Below, piece by piece: positions 58,859 to 64,000 of a DNA stretch of 64,000 bases. A program made the translations under genes and the position numbers. The DNA is from Squalus acanthias. Its lineage: Eukaryota. The DNA lies in contig CM059432.1 of NCBI GenBank assembly GCA_030390025.1, forward strand, positions 109,742,001 through 109,806,000, written 5' to 3'. The notes under the pieces are model-generated. The model was not told where the DNA came from and searched no databases. It was given only the letters and a program-made list of their open reading frames with translations. Position 1 is the stretch's first letter; every line of letters begins with the position of its first letter.

Positions 58859-61078
58859 ATAATAACCAGAGTGTGACAGGAAGGGACAGAATGTTTAAAA
58901 ATAAGAGTGCAACAGAAAGTGGGGCCCAAAACAAGGAGAAATGGTAAAAAGACAAAGTTAAAAGCTCTATATCTGAATGCACGCAGCATTCGAAACAAAA
59001 TAGATGAGTTGACGCCTCAAATAGATACAAATGGGTCTGATCTGATCGCCATCACAGAGACGTGGTTGCAAGGTGATCAGGGCTGGGAACTGAATATTCC
59101 AGGTTATTTGATAATTCGGAAGGATAGACAGAAAGGAAAGGGAGGTGGGGTGGCTTTGTTGGTAAAGGATGGGATCAGTGCAGTGGTGAGAAGTGATATT
59201 GGCTCAGAAGATCAAGATGTAGAATCGGTTTGGGTGGAGATAAAAATTATTAAAGGGAAAAAGTCTCTGGTGGGCGTAGTCTACAGGCCCCCGAACAGCA
59301 GCAATATTGTTGGACAGAGTATAAATCACCAAATAATAGAGGCCTGTAAAAAAGGTACGGTAATAATCATGGGTGATTTTAATCTCCATATTGATTGGAC
59401 AAATCAAATTGGCCATGGTAGCCTTGAGGCAGAGTTCATAGAGTGCATCCGGGATGGTTTACTAGAACAGTATGTAATGGAACCGACCAGGGAGCAGGCT
59501 ATCTTGGATCTGGTACTGTGTAATGAGACAGAATTAATAAATGATCTCATAGTAAAGGATCCTCTAGGAAAGAGTGATCATAGTATGGCTGAATTTCAAA
59601 TTCAGTTGGAGGGTGAGAAAGTTGTATCTGAAACCAGTGTCGTGATCTTAAACAAAGGCAATTACAATGGCATGAGGGCAGAACTGGCTAAAGTGGACTG
59701 GAAAAATAAATTAAAGGGTAAGACAGTTGAAATGCAGTGATGGACATTTAAGGAGATATTTCATAACTCTCAGTGAGAAAGAAAGATTTTAAGAGAAGGG
59801 AGCACCATCAAATTAAAAATGAAGGCATACAATGTTGCCAAGATTGGTGGGAGACCAGAGGATTGGGAAATTTTTAAAAACCAGCACAGGATGACGAAAA
59901 AAATAATAGAGAGGGAAGATCAATTATGAGAGTAAACTGGCAAGAAACATTAAAACAGATAGTAAGAGCTTCTACAGGTATATAAAAAGGAAGAGGGTAG
60001 CTAAAGTAAATGTTGGTCCCTTAGAGGATGAGACTGGGGAATTAATAATGGGGAACAGGGAAATGGCAGAGACTCTGAACAAATATTTTGTATCTGTCTT
60101 CACGGTAGAAGACACTAACAACATCCCAATAATGGATAATCAAGGGAGGGGGGAACTAAAGACAATCACTATCACTAAGGAAATAGTACTTGGTAAAATA
60201 ATGGGACTAAAAGATGACAAGTCCCCTGGACCAGATGGCCTGCATCCCAGGGTCTTAAAAGAAGTGGCTGCAGAAATAGTGGATGCATTGGTTGCAATAT
60301 ACCAAAATTCCCTGGACTTTGGAAAGGTCCCAGCGGATTGGAAAACCGCAAATGTAACACCCCTAGGAGGGAGACAGAAAGCAGGAAACTATAGACCAGT
60401 TAGCCTAACATCTGTCGTTAGGAAAATGCTGGAGTCCTTCATTAAGGAAGCAGTAGCAGGGCATTTGGAAAATCATAATGCAGTCAAGCAGAGTCAGCAT
60501 GGTGTTATGAAAGGGAAATCATGTTTAACAAATTTGCTGGAGTTCTTTGAGGAGGTAACAAGTAGGGTAGATAAAGGTGAGCCAGTGGATGTGGTGTATT
60601 TGGATTTCCAGAAGGCATTCGATAAGGTGCCACATAAAAGGTTACTGCATAAGATAAGAGCTCATGGAATTGGGGGTAATATATTAGCATGGATAGAGAA
60701 TTGGCTAACTAACAGAAAGCAGAGAGTCGGGATAAATGGGTCATTTTCCGGTTGGCAAAAAGTAACTAGTGGGGTGCCACAGGGATCGGTGCTCAGGTCT
60801 CAACTATTTACAATCTACATTAATGATTTGGATGAAGGGACAGAGTGTAATGTAGCCAAGTTTGCGGATGATACAAAGATGGGTGGGAAAGCAAGTTGTG
60901 CAGAGGACTCAAAGAACCTGCAAAGGGATATAGACAGGCTAAGTGAGTGGGCCAACATTTGGCAGATGGAGTATAATGTGGGAAAGTGCGAGGTTATACA
61001 CTTTGGCAGGAAAAATAAAAAAGCAAATTATTATTTAAATGGAGGGATATTACAAAATGCTACAGTTCAGAGGGACCT
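58857..61078 (+). mobile_element. CR1 ORF2 fragment (APE plus RT), related to the 7698-11898 element
   Basis: ORFs 58907-59740 and 60048-61106 closely parallel the 983-aa ORF2. Stop codons and deletions near 59740-59810. Confidence 0.92.
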
Positions 61079-62166
61079 AATCTACTGGAATTTTTTGAGG
61101 ATGTAACTGGTAAAATAGATAAGGGAGAACCAGTGGATGTGGTGTATTTGGACTTTCAGAAGGCTTTCGATAAGGTCCCGCATAAGAGATTAACGTGTAA
61201 AGTTAAGGCACATGGGATTGGGGGCAGGGTACTGACTTGGATAGAGAACTGGTTGGCAGACAGGAAGCAAAGAGTTGGAATAAACGGGTCTTTTTCCGAG
61301 TGGCAGGCAGTGACTGGTGGGGTACCGCAGGGATCGGTCCTAGGACCCCAGCTATTCACAATATATATTAATGATCTAGATGAGGGAATTAGATGTAATA
61401 TCTCCAAGTTTGCAGATGACACAAAGCTGGGTGGGCGTGTCTGCTGTGAGGAGGATGCCGAGAAACTCCAGTATGATTTGGATAGGTTGGGTGATTGGGC
61501 AGATGCATGGCAAATGCAGTACAATGTGGATAAATGCGAGGTTATCCACTTTGGTGGCAAAAACAGGAAGGCAGATTATTATCTGAATGGCAATAGATTG
61601 GGAGAAGGGGAAGTGCAACAAGACCTGGGTGTCCTTGTGCGCCAGTCGCTGAAGGTAAGCATGCCGGTGCAGCAGGTGGTTAAGAAGGCAAATGGTATGT
61701 TGGCCTTCATAGCGAGAGGGTTCGAGTACAGGAACAAGGATGTCTTGCTGCAGTTGTACAGAGCCTTGGTGAGACCACATCTTGAGTATTGTGTGCAGTT
61801 TTGGTCGCCTTATCTGAGGAAGGATGTTCTTGCCATGGAGGGAGTGCAGCAAAGATTCACGAGACTGATACCTGGGATGACAGGAATGATGTATGAGGAG
61901 AGATTGGATCGATTGGGTTTATACTCGCTGGAGATTAGAAGAATGAGAGGGGATTTCATTGAAACTTATAACATTCTAACAGGACTAGACAGACTAGATG
62001 CAGGAAGGATGTTCCCGATGGCCGGGGAGTCCAGAACCAGGGGTCACAGACTAAGGATAAGGGGTAAGCCATTTAGAACAGAGATGAGGAGGAATGTCTT
62101 CACCCAACGAGTGGTGAACCTGTGGAATTCTCTACCACAGAAGGCAGTTGAGGCCAACTCATTAAA
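61079..62166 (+). mobile_element. Separate CR1 RT/C-terminal fragment
   Basis: Restarts at NLLEFFED and repeats the RT motifs already present upstream (DFQKAFDKV, FADD). Confidence 0.9.
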
Positions 62167-64000
62167 TGACGACCATGTGTGTGGGAAGTGTATCCAGCTG
62201 CAGCTACTGATAGACCGCATTACGGTGCTGGAGCTGCGGATGGATGCATATTGGAGCATTCGCGACGCTGAGAACATCGTTGATAGCACGTTTAGTGAGT
62301 TGGTCACACCGCAGGCAAAGGGTGTACAGGCAGGAAGTGAATGGGTGACCACCAGGCAGAGTAAGAGGTGCAGGCTGGTAGTGCAAGGGTCCCCTGTGGC
62401 CATCCCCCTCTCAAACAGATATACCACTTTGGATTCTGTTGGGGGGGGTGACTTATCAGGGGAAGGCAGCAGCAGCCAATTTCCTGGCACCATGGGTGGC
62501 TCTGCTGCACAGGCTGGGAGGAAAAAGTGTGGAAGAGCTATAGTGTAAGGGGAATAGATAGGTGTTTCTGCGGCCGCAAACGAGACTCCAGGATGGTGTG
62601 TTGCCTCCCTGGTGCAAGGGTCAAGGATGTCTCGGAGCGGCTACAGAACATTTTGGAGGGGGAGGGCGAACAGCCAGTTGTCGTGGTGCACATAGGCATC
62701 AAAGATATAGGTAAAAAACGGGATGTGGTCCTAAAAGCAGAATATAGGAAGTTAGGAGGTAAATTAAAAAATAGGATCTCAAAGGTAGTAATCTCAGGAT
62801 TGCTACCAGTGCCACGTGCTAGTCAGAGTAGAAATAGGAAGATATTTCAAATGAATACGTGGCTAGAGGAATGGTGCAAGGGGGAGGGATTCAAATTCCT
62901 TGGACATTGGAACCAGTTCTGGGGGAGGTGGGACCAGTACAAACGGGACGGTCTGCACCTGGGCAGGGCCGGGACCGATGTCCTAGGGGGAGGATTTGCT
63001 AGTGCTGTTGGGGAGGGTTTAAACTAAAGTGGCAGGGGGTTGCGTACCTGAGCAGGGAGACAGAGGAAAGGGAAACAAGGATAAAAGCAAAAGACAGGAA
63101 GGAGAAAAACAAAAGTAGAAGGCAAAGAACTCAACGGTTTAAATCAAACATGGTCACAGTAAATAATAATTCATATAGGTCTGAGAGCGTTAAAAAAACA
63201 AGCCTGAAGGCTTTGTGTCTTAATGCAAGGAGCATTCAGAACAAGGTGGATGAATTAGCTGCGCAAATAGAGGTAAATTAATACGATTTGATTGGGATTA
63301 CAGAAACATGGCTCCAGGGTGGCCAAGGCTGGGAACTCAACATCCAGGGGTATTCAATATTTAGGAAAGATAGGCAAAAAAGAAAGGGAGGTGGGGTAGC
63401 ATTGCTGGTTAAAGAGGGGATTAACACAATTGAGAGGAAGGATATTAGCTCTGATGATGCGGAATCTGTATGGGTAGAACTGAGAAATAACAAGGGGCAG
63501 AAAACGTTAGTGGGAGTGGTATATAGACCTCCAAACAGTAATAAGGAGGTTGGGGATGGCATTAAAAGGGAAATTAGAGAAGCATGCAGTAAGGGCACAG
63601 CAGTCATCATGGGTGCCTTTAATTTACATATAGATTGGGCTAACCAAATTAGTAAAAATACTGTGGAGGAGGAATTCCTAGAATGTTTACGGGATGGTTT
63701 TCTGGAACAATATGTCGAGGAACCAACCAGAGATCAGGCCATCTTAGACTGGGTATTATGTAACGAGAAAGGATTAATTAGCAATCTTGTTGTACGAGGC
63801 CCCTTGGGTCAGAGTGATCAAATTATGATAGAATTCTTCATTAGGATGGAGAGTGAAGTAGTTGAATCAGAGACTAGGGTCCTGAATTTAAATAAAGGAA
63901 ACTACGATGGTATGAGGCGCAAATTGGGTAGGATTGATTGGGGAATGTCACTCAAAGGGTTGACGGTGGATAGGCAATGGCAAACATTCAAAGACTGCAT
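62167..64000 (+). mobile_element. Further CR1: most of ORF1 (esterase) and the start of ORF2 (APE), decayed, running off the window
   Basis: DHVCGKC, LSNRY, CCLPGARV, DGLH; then CLNARS, ITETW, GVVYRPP. Confidence 0.92.

Overview
Repeat-saturated vertebrate genomic DNA, most likely from a cartilaginous fish (inferred from the CR1, DeuSINE-type SINE and MITE families). No host protein-coding gene is supported. About 38 kb is tandem repeat: a 35/36/37-bp array of at least 20.5 kb that runs into a 200-N gap, a 31-bp array of about 1.4 kb, a 20-bp array of about 16 kb, and a CCT/CTT tract. The rest is nested transposons: one near-intact CR1 LINE (open 983-aa ORF2, ORF1 broken by an 11-bp deletion), several decayed CR1s, CR1/L2-group LINE fragments, an RTE fragment, tRNA-derived SINEs, Harbinger-like and hAT-like MITEs, a 1.28-kb LTR with a tRNA-Lys primer-binding site, and a solo LTR. 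The most notable signals are (1) two copies of a discrete 131-bp TSD-flanked element carrying a minimal hammerhead ribozyme core, (2) the LTR with foamy-virus-like layout, and (3) the giant satellite fused to the 5' leader of the young CR1, which also has a doubled 3' UTR. Family assignments come from motif recognition only; no database search was run.
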